A stretch of DNA of 64,000 bases from Octopus vulgaris (taxonomy: Eukaryota): the NCBI GenBank assembly GCA_951406725.2, contig OX597815.1, positions 193,192,001 to 193,256,000 on the forward strand, read 5' to 3'. Of the stretch, positions 1 through 14,414 are shown one piece after another. The notes beneath the pieces are model-generated. The model had not been told where the DNA came from. It searched no databases and saw only the letters and a program-made list of their open reading frames with translations. A program made the translations under genes and the position numbers. Numbering within the stretch: position 1 is the first letter of the stretch; each line of letters opens with the position of its first letter.

Positions 1-83
<83 letters not shown>

Positions 84-300
84 TAGTTTTATTTTTATAG
101 TGTGCTTTCACTACCGAGCGCAGCTCTGTGTGCCTTGTGTATGTGCTGTGATTTGTTGTGATGCTCTGATGTTTATTGTATGGAAAGTGTCCTGCGTAGG
201 ATGTGTGCAGCGCCTAGTAGTGCAATTTTCTGTATGCTATATATGTTTGTAAGTCCTTGTTTTTGTTATGTATTGTCTGAATATTTTTTTATCATGCCTA

Positions 301-368
<68 letters not shown>

Positions 369-438
369 CATTATTATTATTATTATCATTATTATTATTA
401 TTGTTATTATTATTATTATCATTATTATTATTATTATT

Positions 439-484
<46 letters not shown>

Positions 485-500
485 GTAGTAGTAGTAGTAT
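1..500. repeat. (ATT)n/(ATC)n/(AGT)n microsatellites flanking a LINE 3' fragment
   Basis: Trinucleotide tracts at 1-80 and 301-500. Confidence 0.95.
81..300 (-). mobile_element. R4/Dong-clade LINE, 5'-truncated 3' end
   Basis: Minus strand encodes ...NIQKIALLGAAHILRRTLSIQ* plus 3'UTR. Near-identical to the ends at 58119 and 60400. (TAA)n on both sides. Confidence 0.85.
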
Positions 501-502
501 CA

Positions 503-3500
503 TATTTGCTGCGGAACACATAGGACGCATTTCGAACGTTACAGGTAGAGTTCAAAATATATATTTGCACCAGGAATGGTGTCCTTTGTCAATAATCCTT
601 TTATTCCAAGTTGTGAATAGAAACACTAGGAACCTATTACTGTTCTTTTTATGGTTGTGTTGGCGCCAGAGAGCCGATTTTCGGTCCACCAGATAATTTC
701 GTTGGGCGTTAAATTTTATTGAATCAAATACAACTAAACAAGATGGCGGAGCGCGTCTTGAATGAGTTGACAGAAAAAAAAACACTCCTACCAATATGGT
801 AATGAAGGAAGACTTCCCTCCCGTTCCCTCCGCCAAGGACAACAATACAGGGAAAGGGGAGGAGGAGAAAAACAAGGCAGTCATGGTACAAACTTCAACA
901 GTAACAACAATAGTAGCAGAAACACTAACAGCGGTAGAAATGACAGCAGCAGCCGCCGCAACAGAGATAGCAGCAGCCGCAGCAGTAGTGGTAGTGATGC
1001 AAGCAATAACCCCGAAAAATGCAACGGTAGTGCAGTATCGATAGCACCAAGAACAACAAAGAGAGCAAAAGTGACAACAGCAACAACAACAAGAACAATA
1101 CCAATAACATCGATAAGAACATATCAATACCAATAACATCGATAACATCGATAAGAACAACGGCAGCAACAGCAACAGCACCTGCAGCAACAACAGTAAC
1201 AAGAACAAAAACAACAACGAGAGCAATATCAATAGCAACAACAAAAATACGTTCGCAGCAGCAGCAGCAGCAGCAGCAAAGGCCATACACCACTTTACCG
1301 TAGTCTTCACAAACAGGAAGCAGATGCTGCGACAAGCATGAAAACTAATAAAACAAGAGAAGACTTGGGCCAATCTGACAATCCCATATGTGGCAATTGA
1401 AGTAGTGGAGAGAAGAACAGTACTTTTCAGATACATTTCAGCAGACACGAAAAGAGTGGCTTTGATTGCCCAAGTAGATTTTGTGGCGGCGCTGAAGTGC
1501 ATCAGAAATGACATCGAATACATAGCGAGGGGCAAACAAAACGGCACCATTTCGATGCTGTTTAAGTCGGAAGATCTCGCTATGAAACATTCAATGACCC
1601 CCCTGCAAAACCAAGAAAGTCATCACGTACCGCTACCACAAATATTTTCCAGGCAAACATTTTCCCCAAAACATCAGCACAACCAGCATCATCACTATCA
1701 CCAGAATCCCCCAAATGCAAACAACCTAAGCAAAGACAGACACAAACATTTAGAATTGCAGAGTTCACACTCACAGCACTCGCAGAAACAACAGAAAGAA
1801 CAAGCCCATCACCACTACAGTCAAACAAACAGTTAAACAAAACCAACACAAAACACTCAAACTTCGTACTCATCAGAAAGGACAACGAGGAACTGATGGC
1901 ACCCGTAACACAAAACACAGAAGCTGAAACAGGGGTGGGGGGTGGGGGGGTGATATTCGAATCGAACACATTTCGCGTACCAGAAGATTTACTTCTGGTG
2001 CGAATGTCGCTCGATCCCTACACAAAAATTCGGGAGAGCTTTCCGGAGGACGTGGTAACCCTGACCGTGAGACCCACATTGAAGCTCTTAAAGGGGTTCC
2101 CCAAAGAGACCCCACCAATTATGGAAGTCGAAGCACTCGACTTTCACAAGGCACCGGGCAGTAAGTAATCCCTTCACTTCTCTCTTTAGCTTGCCAACAT
2201 GACCTTATTAAGAGTAGGATTTTTAAATGTGCGAGGTCTTGGGTCACCTTGGAAGCAAGGGCGCCTGCTCTCAGGTCTCAGGTCTCTGGTACTGGATATA
2301 ATTGCAGTCAGTGAGACCAGGATTTCCAATACACATGCACTGGCCCCCATATTCGACGACTATCAGATCTTTGCATCTGTTAGTCGGCCGGGAATGGGAA
2401 GTGGATTGGCAGTGTTTGCAACTCGGTGGGCTTGCAACTCGGCACCTGGAGAGGCAAGTCCATGCCGTCCAACAGCGTCGCTGGAAGCTTGACGGACGGA
2501 CGGACACATAACGTTGCTTGAGGTTTGGTTCGGATCAGACCTCCAGGTGGATAAGAATTGGGACGATGTGACAAGCAGGGTAGCTAGTCTCGCTTAGAAA
2601 TGGGCTGGAAGCTATCACTGAAAGATCGAATGGAGGTGGCAAATGTGCTCATTGCGTCCGTCATCTACCACAGCTTGACCGTCGTGCCTTCAAATTCTTG
2701 TGGAAGGGACAGACTCCATTGGTTTGGCGACCCATCTGCTGCCAACACCCTCTTCGCGGAAGGCTTGGCATGCCGTGGTTAATGATGCGCAGATGGGCGC
2801 TGCAACTGCAGCATCTCCAGATATTCTGCCTAAACGGTGAGCAGGTGGGGTCGCCGTTTGCCAAACAGGCTTTTCCACAGCTCGTCTCCTAGACTGAGCT
2901 GAAGTCCTGGGTTAAGAAGTGACCGAGGTGGGGTAACTGGCATCTGGAATGTTGCTAGGCACTCACTGCCCTCTACCAGGAGGGCATTGCGATCAATGGA
3001 ACGTCTACTCTTGAGATCTATAGAGGATTAGTGGAGGGAAAGAGCGATGACACATTTGAGGAGAGGCTAGTTTGTTCGGGAGGACTTTTTAACCGGGGAC
3101 GATGGATAACTTCCAGAAATCCCTAGCTTGGCAGTGCTACCAGGGGGAATTAGCGGTCTAAGATAGGCTCTACAGGCACGGAAGTGCTGTCAGACGGACT
3201 TGCTCGAGATACGCGCAGAGCGACGAAACCGTTCTGCACGCACTCGTCCAGTGTCCTTACATTACAGACTTGTGGAGTTATGTTGAACCGCTGTTATAAC
3301 ATGTAGGACGGACCCGGATATCTGCCGATTCCATAGTGAAGATCGATCCGCCATCTTCCATCGGTCTCGAAGAGCAGGAAATTTTCCTCTGTCTGTTTCA
3401 CAGTAGTGAAAGAGGTTGTATAGTGGACCAAGTTGAACGGACAGAAGACAGACACTTTTCTCTTCGACCAATCCCTCATCAACATCTTCAAATTTCACTT

Positions 3501-3871
3501 GGAAAGGAAGATGAGGATGGAGAGAGAAGTGCTACCTCCCAGTACATTTGCTAAAAGTGTGAATGTAGCGAAATTGTCACGTGTGAGTGGACCTGCTCTA
3601 ATAATGCGCCTGTAGGCCAGTGAATTTGAGACGGAGAACAGTGCTCTTACCAGATGCCCTCGAAGGGTCCAGTGGTTCAGGATTAGTGAGGTACTTGAAC
3701 CAACTACAGGTGGTTACTCCACCCTATTCGGGAACTTTCATTGTTTTATTCTTTTGTTGGATATCATTCTTATTGTTTTAATTGTGTACTCGTTGCTTCT
3801 GTGTAAAATCTTCACTGTCTATGTCTACTGTGTCCTCCCCTATATGTCGGCTCTAGTGTTTAATAAATGAA
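503..3871 (+). mobile_element. Degenerate Tx1/L1-clade LINE with internal ORF2 deletion
   Basis: ORF1 remnant (~776-1830) homologous to the ORF1 at 7304-6777. APE N-terminus at 2199 (VGFLNVRGL...DIIAVSETR). C-terminal zf-RVT-like RDRLYRHG..TC....ETVLHALVQC at ~3160-3255. AATAAA near 3862. Confidence 0.75.
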
Positions 3872-3891
3872 ATTATTATCATCATTTCAAC

Positions 3892-4750
3892 TATATGAAA
3901 ACTCACAGCTTAATTTTCTGGGTATGATGGAAAGTGTCAGCTGTCCACAGCCAGCACACTAAGGTGACACTTGTTTACTGGTCATGCTTCACGGAACCTG
4001 CGAAGAATTCCCCTGTGACTCAAAGAGACAATACTCTCCTTTGAATGCGAGCTGTACCCAACAATGCTGTCTTCTGGATCACCTCAAGCCTGAAAGCAGC
4101 TCCAATATTCTTAATATGTTTTTCATAGCCCTTGGAAACTGCTCCTAATGCCTCAGTTACCACCCGTATCACCATTACTTACTTCATGCCTCATAACTTT
4201 CCTGTCTTGTCCCGCAGTGGGGATATTTCTCACACTTTTCTGTTTCCTTACATTTCACCCTCGAATCGCCTGGTATTGCAACATCTATTATCTTTACTTC
4301 TTTTTCATTTTTATGGATGATCACGATATCTGGTCGTCTCGCCTCTTTGACTTGGTTGCACTGCATGTTAAAATTCCAGAGTATTTTGTAATGTTCCTTG
4401 TCCATTACTCCCTCTGGCTTTTGTCCATACAATTGTTCGGCTGTCTCGAGGTTTGCTTTACCGCACAACAGCAAGTGAACATATCTGGCCACATTATCAT
4501 GTTTCCTTTTATAGTCGCGTTGTGAGATATTACAGAACTCACCAACAATATGGCTGATAATTTCTTCCTTCTCAGAGGATATCCTACACTGTGGCGAGTC
4601 AGTGCTTTTATCAATGTGATATATGGAGTGGTTTGTTCTAAGAGCTTGCTCTTGATCACTACACGCCAACCCCTCAGTAGGCCCTTTAACGTCTCTTTTC
4701 TGCAGCGATTGCCTTGTTCTATCCAATAACTTTAAGGCCTTGCACCTATA
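3892..4750 (-). mobile_element. R4/Dong-clade LINE 3' fragment (zinc knuckle + RLE)
   Basis: ORF 4184-4726: QEQALRTN, QCR..E..SHIV, KRKHDNVA, RRPDIVII..IIDVAIPGD. 3' end matches the one at 4969. Confidence 0.85.
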
Positions 4751-4759
4751 GAAAAAAGG

Positions 4760-4774
4760 ATCATCATCATCATT

Positions 4775-4836
<62 letters not shown>

Positions 4837-4844
4837 TATTATTA

Positions 4845-4890
<46 letters not shown>

Positions 4891-4907
4891 TACTATTAAT
4901 TCTGCTG

Positions 4908-4968
<61 letters not shown>
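4760..4968. repeat. (ATC)n-(ATT)n-(ACT)n microsatellite
   Basis: Direct reading. The (ACT)n part is the (TAG)n tail of the minus-strand LINE at 4969. Confidence 0.95.
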
Positions 4969-4970
<2 letters not shown>

Positions 4971-5261
4971 TATGAAAACTCACAGCTTATTTTGCTGGGT
5001 ATGATGGAAAGAGTCAGCTGTCCAAAGACAGCAGACTAAGGTGACACTTGTTTACTGGTCATGCTTCTAGAACCCTGCGATGAATTCTTGCAGTCACAAT
5101 GATGCTGATTTTTGTAGGTCACACTCACACCAATCTTTTGTAGCCGTGTTGGTAGTTGAGGGCTGATAATTCCAAGTGCACCGATTACTATTGGTATCAT
5201 GTCTACTCTCTTCATTGACCACAACCTTCGTTTTCCCCACTTCAAATCGTCATAGTTACTC

Positions 5262-5489
5262 TTTTTTTTTCTTTCTCTTTTTTACTTGTTTCAGTCATTT
5301 GACTGCGGCTATGCTGGAGCACCGCCTTTAGTCGAGCAAATCGACCCCGGGACTTATTCTTTGTAAGCCCAGTACTTATTCAATCAGTCTCTTTTGCCGA
5401 ACCGCTAAGTTACAGGGACGTAAACACACCAGCATCGGTTGTCAAGCAATGCTAGTGGGACAAACACAGACACACAAAAATACACACGC

Positions 5490-5546
<57 letters not shown>

Positions 5547-8053
5547 TACGACAGGCTCCTTTCAGTTTCCGTCGACCAAATCCACTCACAAGGCATTCGT
5601 CGGCCCGAGGCGAAATCAGAAGACACTTGCCCGAGATGCCATGCAGTGGAACTGAATCCGAAACCATGTGGTTGGTAAGCAAGGTACTTTATTTCATAAA
5701 TTTGTCATATAGACAGTAGAAAGAGCTTTGCGGGCTGGACAATCACATTAATGAATGAAATGAATTATAATGAATAGATGAGAGACGAAACCCAACATCC
5801 GACGATTGGATTTTTCTCGAAAACACATTTTCTTTTTTTTTTTTTTTCAAAAATCAATATAAGGTTTCAAACCTTTTACAAGGAGGCACTAAAACCTCTT
5901 ACTTAACATATTTTCTTTTTTCTTTCTTAAAACACAAAATTGAGGTTATAAACCACTACAAAATAGTCCAATAAGGTGAGGTTTTAAACTCTGTAACGAG
6001 GGTCTTTCACCTCCTACTCTTTCGATATATCCATCGATATATTCATCATTATCTTCAGTGCCGCTTGAGTTCCTGTTATCCGCCATTTCCCATGCCTCAC
6101 TCATATAGGACATGTAAGTCGTGTAAGGGCCACCCGGCCATGTGCGACACTCCTCCCCAAATCCTTTAAGCCTTTCCCACAAGGGAAACCTTATGGCCTC
6201 CACAGCTATCTGTGGAGGTCATTCGGGATCCCGTGTGAAGGGCATATCTACTGTTTCTTTATGTTCTTCTACTATTTTTCCACCTCCCCGCCCTTGTAGA
6301 AAAAGATAATCAATTGATCATCTTTAAGGGTGGGGGTGGTTTCTTCCACCGTGGGTGGCACAACTTCGGGGTATGCAGTCAGCACATCATCTCCCTGCTG
6401 AGATGACCCGTTCTTCTTTCTTTTTTTCTTTTCTTCCTGGCTTCGGGAGAGTGGAGCTCTTCCGCTTTGTCCGGAGACTCTTCCGCTTTGTCCGGAAACT
6501 CTTCCCCGCCTCCCGAAGCCTTTGGTTCCTTCGGCGGGCAACTATTGTTGCCCGCCTTCTTCCTTTTTAATCCTTTTAGAGTTGAGGAGGCTGAAGCCTC
6601 CTCGACCACATCCACCTCTCCCTTTGACCGGGTAGAGGAGGTGGCATCTGGTGACTGTTCCAGGACTTTACCATGGTCCTTGGGGCAGTTCCTTTTAATG
6701 TGGCCTGGCTGCAGGCACGAGTGACACTTTGGGGGACGTCCCTCAAGTATCACCGGATACCTGCAGCCAGCCATTTTCAAGAAATCTGGAAAAACCAGTT
6801 CTGTTGCGGCCGATGGGTCCACAGGGTCAAAATCGCTTTTGACCCTTCCCAATCGACCACCGGCAATACCCTTACATTTAAGAGCCTGGGCCCGCCATCC
6901 CCCAGTCCCCGTCGGATGGTATCTTCAATCCAATCTGCTTCGGTACCCGGGGGGAGCCCACATACCCAGGCTCGTATTAATTTTCTTCCACAATATGACG
7001 GGAGAAACAAAATTTCTTTGCCTTCTAAAGGCTGACTCGCAAACTGTCGAGCCTTTTCCCCGTTGTCAAACAGCAACCATACGGTTGCATGTTTGACACC
7101 ACGGGATATATATTTTACAGAGGACAAATGTTCTTTCAATTCATTTTTTATGACTTGTTTTGGGAACACGGTGATGGAATTAAGAACTTTAGAATACGTT
7201 CTAAGTACGACCGTCTTCTCTTTCATATCTTTTAACCTTTGCTTAGGCGGGTTAATTTCCCACTCTAAGACAGAGTTTTTCTTTTTAAGTTCCTTCTCTG
7301 CCATGTCAAAAAACAGTTCAAAATAGTTCAAAAGACAGTCTGCAAAAAAAATTAAATCAAATATAAAAATAAAACAAAATAAAAGAGGAGGGGAGGAAAC
7401 TGAAATTAAAGTAATGAAAAGAGTGAACCAAAATTTAGAAAGAAAGAAAAATAGGAGAAGGGGAAAGTAAAAGAAAAACCTCACAGATGGCACAGACAGG
7501 GAATCCTTTGTATAATACTCCAAAAAGGTAATACAAAAGGTAATCCAAAAGGGTAATCCAAATGGCTTATTCTTATATTTTTCTGGCGAGATACGCCCAC
7601 TAGAATTCACAAGAAGAATTCTCAAACAAAAATTCTCAATTCACCGTTACGGCCAAAATTTAACACAACTGTAAAACAGTTAAAAAATCATTCTAAATTT
7701 CTTCTAGATAGTCCTTAACAGGAACGACACTATTTTCAAACAAAAGTTTGGCAGGATACGCCTACCAAACCAATAATTTTCACAATTAAGTGAATAATAT
7801 TTTCACTCAGCCTCCGGCAGACTAGAGCCCAGTGAAGCCTTGTTGCTTGTAAAAATAATTTACAACATACAACAGGTCCCCACTAGACCCCCAAATTCTT
7901 ACCTTACGGCTGAGTATTCAAAAGTTTTCAATTTAAGACGGCTTTCAAAAACCCGTCTTACATCTTCGGTGTCAAGCACAACGCTGAGTTGTTGCACATG
8001 CGCAGAAGCAACCTGTAAGCAAGCTACTTACCACACAGCCACTCCTGCGCCTA
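5262..8053 (-). mobile_element. tRNA-derived SINE (family B), split by a 2.3-kb insertion
   Basis: Body 5262-5689 plus head 8015-8053 reconstitute the same sequence as the intact copy at 61480-61947. Confidence 0.85.
5690..8014 (-). mobile_element. ORF1-only Tx1-like retroelement with 15-bp TSD
   Basis: TSD GTAAGCAAG(G/C)TACTT at 5675-5689 and 8015-8029. ORF from ATG 7304 with frameshifts and CCHC knuckle CHSCLQPGHIKRNC (~6690-6730). AATAAA at the 3' junction. No APE/RT motifs seen. Confidence 0.75.
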
Positions 8054-10402
8054 GTTGTTTACTTTTCCTTCATTCCCATTGATCCAGTTGCCATCAGAGT
8101 ATGCTATGTCGATTATCATAGGTATTCTTGCTTTTTTATTCACCACAACAATGTCCGGTTTCCGATATCTGCTCAGATGATCACACTGAATCATTACATC
8201 CCATAGGATTTTTGCAGTTCTCATTTCCGGTGAATCCTTTGCAGTTTGCTCATGCCACATCTTCGCTCTGTGCCACAGAGCTCCCAATGGATCATTCTTG
8301 CCACATAGTCATGGCGTCGTTTGTATTCGCTTGTGCCAATTTCTTGCATTCGCTAACAATGTGCCATACCGTTTCAACCCTCTCACCACACATTCTGCAT
8401 TTGTTGCAATCGGTAGTGTTGTCTATTCTGCACTTCATATAGTTGGTTCTTAACGGTTGTTTCTGAGCTGCGTGTATGCGTGCTTCTCTCTCTATCTTCA
8501 GTTCATAGCCATCGGCCCTCTGCGTCTGTATTGGCGTCCACATCACTTGCAAACTAACCTTACGCTTTGTTTCCTTCCATGCTCTTTCTTTTTTTCTTCT
8601 TTTGTTCATTTCTAGTATAAATTTTTCTTCATTTACATAATTATCGGTGTTGATTACGCCAGCATTCTTCGAGTGTTTCAATAGTGGTTCCACGGCATTT
8701 TTTATATACCGCCCTAGGCTGTTTTCCTCTGCTTCGATACAGTCTTGGTAATTGATTAAAGCACTCCCACCCTTTCTTCTGGAGAAGTACAGCCTATTGG
8801 TGTCACTTTTAGGGTGGGAAGGTCCGTGTACCGCTAACATTTTCTGGTTTTGATATTAATTTTCTTCATTTCTCTCTTTTGCCATTTTATAATTCCTGCT
8901 CCATAACGAAGAGATGCTATCGCCCACGTGTTAGCTGCTTGGATTTTATTCCAGCTAGTGTATTTTGAACGCAACAACAACCTCAGACGTCGGAAATGTT
9001 CCATCCTCAGTTGAGCTTTCATTTTCTCTTCCATTATCTCATTGAACTCTATTACACCAAGATATTTGTATCCATCTGTTTCAGTTTCTTTAATCAAGTC
9101 TCTGATCGGAAATTATCCATGCTAGGGACTGTACCTTTCCGCTTTTTAGATAGATTATTTCGCACTTCTTGAATCTAAATTCCATTCTAATATCAATATT
9201 AATTGGGTGGACCGTGTTCACCAAGGAACTCACCTGTGTTTCATCTTTGTCATTCAATTTCAAATCATCCATGAAGAAGAGGTAGTTGACTGATTGAGAT
9301 TTTTCTTGTAATTGGTGCCCCAGATTCAATTTCCTTATTATCAAGGTCAGGGATATCATGCAGAAAGCAAAAAGCAATGGAGATAGGCTATCACCTGGAA
9401 AATCCCTCTTCTGATACCCAGAGTGCCCAAGGTTTTTTCCGTCAGATGTCGGTTCAGTTTTCCATCCCACCATACACGTTACATTCCTTGCAATTCCAAA
9501 CAGATGTAAGCACTCAATGATCCACGAATTTGGAATCATATCATAAGCTTTGCGATAATAAGTCCAGGCCATTCCCAGATTAGTTCTCCTTCGTTTACAA
9601 TCTTGCATTACCGTTTTGTCTATAAGTAGTTGATCTTCGAAACCTCTGCATTTCCTTCGACAGCCTTTTTAGTCTGGTGATAATATATCGTATATAATTT
9701 ATACAATTCTTCTGCAATTCTTCTTGACAGTAATTTTCACATTAATAAGAGGCAGGAAATTGGTCTGTAATTGTCTGCAGCATTTCTCATTGATGCATCC
9801 TTCAGGCACAAAAACGTTCGTCCTTTCGTCAACTAGCCCGGGATTTCTTCTCAATTGATCAATGCATTAAATTTCTCTGTGATCAACTTTTGGCAATTAA
9901 TGGACTTTTTATCCAAAATCTCTGTCCACCTGCTTTCCAATTGCTTATCATTTTACTCATATTTCTGATACTCTTTTCTATGGAGTGGATAGCCTTCTAG
10001 CTGGGGATAAGAAGCTGTTTGCTTCAAGCTGCAGAGCCATTCAGCTGTAGTATTACGTTGTTCTTGCTTGATCCATATCTTACCCCAGAAAAGTCGACTT
10101 TCATCAGTATCACGGATTCATCTTTCACGTTTTTTATCCCCACTTGTCTCTTGGTAAAATATTTTTTCTTCAGTTCTAACCAATTTGTTTTTCTGGTATT
10201 GCTTAATCCGTTATTCAAACCTAGTTAGCTTTGCTTTTTATGCATCTTTGCGCTGTTTCAGTTCTTCAATTACAACATTCAGACCTTTTCTATCTACACC
10301 ATACTGCTTCCTAAATTTTTCGAATTTCCATTCATTCTAAGTTCACCAGTTCTTTTTCTGACAACTTCTGATATTACACTGTTCATCTGATCTCTGGTCT
10401 TT

Positions 10403-12860
10403 TTAAAATTCTGTTGGATCTACGCCTTCATTGACTCTTAAGGTTCCCTGCATTTTCACTGTTTCAATCATTTTTTCTGTACTCCCCTTGACAGACCAAG
10501 CCAGGCTATTCTCCTCTTCCCTTACACAACCTTCACAACACACCAATACCTGTCCTTTTCTCTTTATATACAATCTTGACACATCACTCTTCGGGTGTTG
10601 ATACTTGTTGATACGTGTTCTCCGGTCCATCTCTTGTAATTCATGCTTCTTCCACAATACAATTCCTGCCTCATATCTCATCAAAGCAACCGCCTACGTG
10701 TTGATTGCTCTAATCTTATAGCGGCCATTTAGATTCGACTGGATCACAAGCCGAGTTCTCTTCAAATACTCTTTCCTGTACAGATCTTTCATCTTCTGTT
10801 CATTCATCTTATCTCTTTCAGTGATACCCATGTATTTATATTCTTCCTTTCCGATTTCCTTTATAGTTTCACTACTTTCCAGCTTGATCCATGGCTTTTA
10901 CTGATTTTTCCCCTTTAGAAATTACCACACTACATTTCTCGATCCCAAATTCCGAGCCAATATATTTGCTAATCATCTGTACAATAGCCGCCAAACTCAC
11001 AATTATTTTCAGTCTTAGCAAATAGCTTTAGGTCATCCATAAACCACAGGTTGTTTACTTTCACCCTGCCTATCATGTACAACACAAGCATCATTCTTAA
11101 AACGCTCGTTTGTGGCAGTATGCAGACAACAAATAAGAGAGGCGATAGACTGTCCCCTTGAAAGATTCCCCTTGTGATATTTACCTCTCCCAACTTGTCT
11201 CCTCATGCTGTGAGTTCAGTTCGCCACGTTGCCATTGAGCTTCCTGCTCTAACGTTTACACCCTAATTGTTCCGCTGGTAGCAGGTCGATATCATCTGGA
11301 TACATGCGGATGCTGTTTGATATGATGCCCATCATCAGTTTCCATATCAGTGGCAAACAAGAAATTGGTCGGAAATTTCCAACCGCATTCCCTTTATTTG
11401 GGTCCTTCTGGCATAGTATCGTTCTTCCAATCGTCATACAGGCCGCCACTTTAATGTCACTACTCAGTATTTCGTCCATCTGTCTTGCAAATTCTCCTGA
11501 GCAGAATTGTCAAGTTTTTTAGTCAAAAGCCCTGAACCACATCTGGCCCAGGCACGTCCCATCTCTGAATTCTCCTGCACTGATCTCTACTCATATCGGT
11601 TATTCTCAAATCCTCCTGCTGATACTCCCCACTCTCATTGAGTATCTTTAACCACTCTGCTTCAGTTTCGGGTTGTTACTCCTGAGACCATATGTTTAAT
11701 CAGAATCTCTTGCTTTCTTCAGCATCAGGAAAGAGTTCTTCACCTTTTTCTTTCCCATCCAGTTCTTGATAGACTCCTGCTCAATTCTTTGTTCATAACC
11801 CTTAGTTTATGTGCTTTTGCTTACAACCTCTGTTTTAATTCCTCAATCAATCATAATATGCATTCCTTTCTCTTCACCCTACACTTCCTCTCTAGCTCAA
11901 CATATTTCTCTCGCTGAACATCATTTCTCTTTTTCCGTTCCATAATATTAATATGCTTTCTGGTCTCGTTAATAGACTGCGTTATTCTCCTTTTCCACCA
12001 TAGTACCTTTGGGTTATCGTGACATTTACCTTTGGCTTTCAAACCTAACTTCCGGGCTATAAAGATCGAGATTGCATTTATCAGTTTGTTGGTGTCTATA
12101 ATGTCAGTCCTGATATCATCAGTGATACCATTTATCTTCCTCACCCATTTATTGAGTTTCTTTCTGTTTACTTTTTAAACGCCAGATAAAAGCTCTGTTC
12201 ACCAGAAGTCCAAATATCAAAGATTTCATTTAAAATGGATAACTGTTCCTCGGTTCCGTTATCGCTTTCCTGTCCAATAATCTCAGCTTCATGCTCGTTT
12301 TCTTCACTTAACTCTACGGCCATAATTTCACTTTCTGCATTCTCTTCCTCATCCTTCTGTTCACTGCTGGTCTTACTATCCCTAAGCACCTGTTGCTTAA
12401 TGCTTTCTAGTTCAGCTGGAGATAACCATTCATTCTTTCTGATGGCTCTAGCTGGGTCACGCAGATTTTATTCACTTAATTCAAATAGGCCTCTGTCGCC
12501 CCATGCCCTGAGCATTCCTTTCCTATATCCCCTAGCAGATATTTCATTATCATTTCTCGGATTACCCAGAAAGTATCACTCCATTAAAACCACATTCATT
12601 TCTTTCGTCCACCTTCTTTTAGCAGTTGCTTGATGACGACTGAGCCCACGCTGCTCAATCGTGGGGTCCCTGCCGGGCAAGAGACCGCGAGATGTTCCAG
12701 CCTCATTCACGCCGATTTTATTTGATATTTCAGCACTCATGATGAGGGTTAGCAAATTTTAGGTTGCACAACCATCAATATTTTTCCCGAGGCACCATCA
12801 CTGACAAGATCTTCACCCTATGATATAGGATTCTTGTAATCCTGGTTTACTTTTTGGAGT
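10403..12860 (-). mobile_element. Degenerate R4/Dong-clade LINE, 5' portion with RT
   Basis: ATG at 12740. R4-type N-terminus (RRWTKEMN...GYRKGM..W), [46 protein letters not shown]. Many stops and frameshifts. Confidence 0.85.
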
Positions 12861-12878
12861 TTCCGTCTCTTACAATGG

Positions 12879-12879
<1 letters not shown>

Positions 12880-12915
<36 letters not shown>

Positions 12916-12917
12916 CA

Positions 12918-12993
<76 letters not shown>

Positions 12994-13025
12994 CATTATC
13001 ATCATTATTATTATTATTATCATCA

Positions 13026-13089
<64 letters not shown>

Positions 13090-13121
13090 CATTACCATCA
13101 TTATTATCATTATTATTATCA

Positions 13122-13182
<61 letters not shown>

Positions 13183-13208
13183 CATCATTATTATTATTAT
13201 TATTATCA

Positions 13209-13260
<52 letters not shown>

Positions 13261-13292
13261 CATTACCATCATTATTATTATTATTATTATCA

Positions 13293-13353
<61 letters not shown>

Positions 13354-13385
13354 CATTATCATCATTATTATTATTATTATTATCA

Positions 13386-13416
<31 letters not shown>

Positions 13417-13448
13417 CATTATCATCATTATTATTATTATTATTATCA

Positions 13449-13488
<40 letters not shown>

Positions 13489-13567
13489 CATTATCATCAT
13501 CATTATTATTATTATTATTATCATCATTATTATTATTATTATCATCATTATTATTATTATTATCATT
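12880..13567. repeat. ~690-bp (ATT/ATC)n microsatellite
   Basis: Direct reading. Confidence 0.97.
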
Positions 13568-13689
13568 CATATACACATATATCATTCATATATACAACAG
13601 ATTAAAATATTGGAGAAGAAAAGCATCCTAACATCGGGCTACAAAAGTAGAGTTAGATGCGAAAGACCCTCCCATTGGGTTACAGCAAG

Positions 13690-13967
13690 TAACCTTAGAT
13701 GCCCAAAACCCTCCTAAGTATCCTACCTGTCCCTAATTACACTGTTTACTGCAGTTGTACTAAACTGGGTTTTATACCTATTTCCTCCATCTATCTCTTC
13801 AAATCTTTAGGATTTCCATAGTCTCTGTAATTCAATAGCTGTGACTTTCCATAGTCCCTGTAATTCAATAGCTGTGACCTGGCGGTTGGCTATTTTTTTA
13901 ATACTTGTAATATTAACTTTTTCATCATTCGGGACTGTAAAGTCAATTATCTGGTACTTTCTATTCT
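13690..13967 (-). mobile_element. R4-type RLE 3' fragment
   Basis: RKYQIIDFTVPND...AIELQGLWKV with a 33-bp internal duplication. Abuts (ACT)n. Confidence 0.6.
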
Positions 13968-14037
<70 letters not shown>

Positions 14038-14099
14038 CACTACCACTACTACCACTACTACCACTACCACTACTACCACTACTGCTGCTACTACTTCTG

Positions 14100-14184
<85 letters not shown>

Positions 14185-14257
14185 CTAATTAGGCTTTCTA
14201 ATTTCTTATTATTTCTTCTTATTAATATTATTATTGTTTTTATTATTATTATTATTA

Positions 14258-14307
<50 letters not shown>

Positions 14308-14374
14308 GTTATTATTATTATTATTATTATTATTGTTATTATTATTATTATTATTGTTATTATTATTATTATTG

Positions 14375-14414
<40 letters not shown>

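Larger units (their letters stand above)
4969..10400 (-). mobile_element. Degenerate R4/Dong-clade LINE interrupted by a SINE and a nested element (5260-8053)
   Basis: RT motifs ([28 protein letters not shown]) at 9090-9608. CxxC..ETVWHIVSEC at ~8350. RLE RKPDIVV..IIDIA at 8051-8287 continues as YDDLKW..IPIVIGALG at ~5255-5170. Confidence 0.85.

Noticed and set aside
180-1550. Long ORFs of poly-I/Y/H/N or Leu/Cys-rich sequence (also 12818-13717, 23097-23768, 40343-40725, 52574-53015)
   Set aside because: They are stop-free translations of microsatellites or antisense frames of TE ORFs, not genes.
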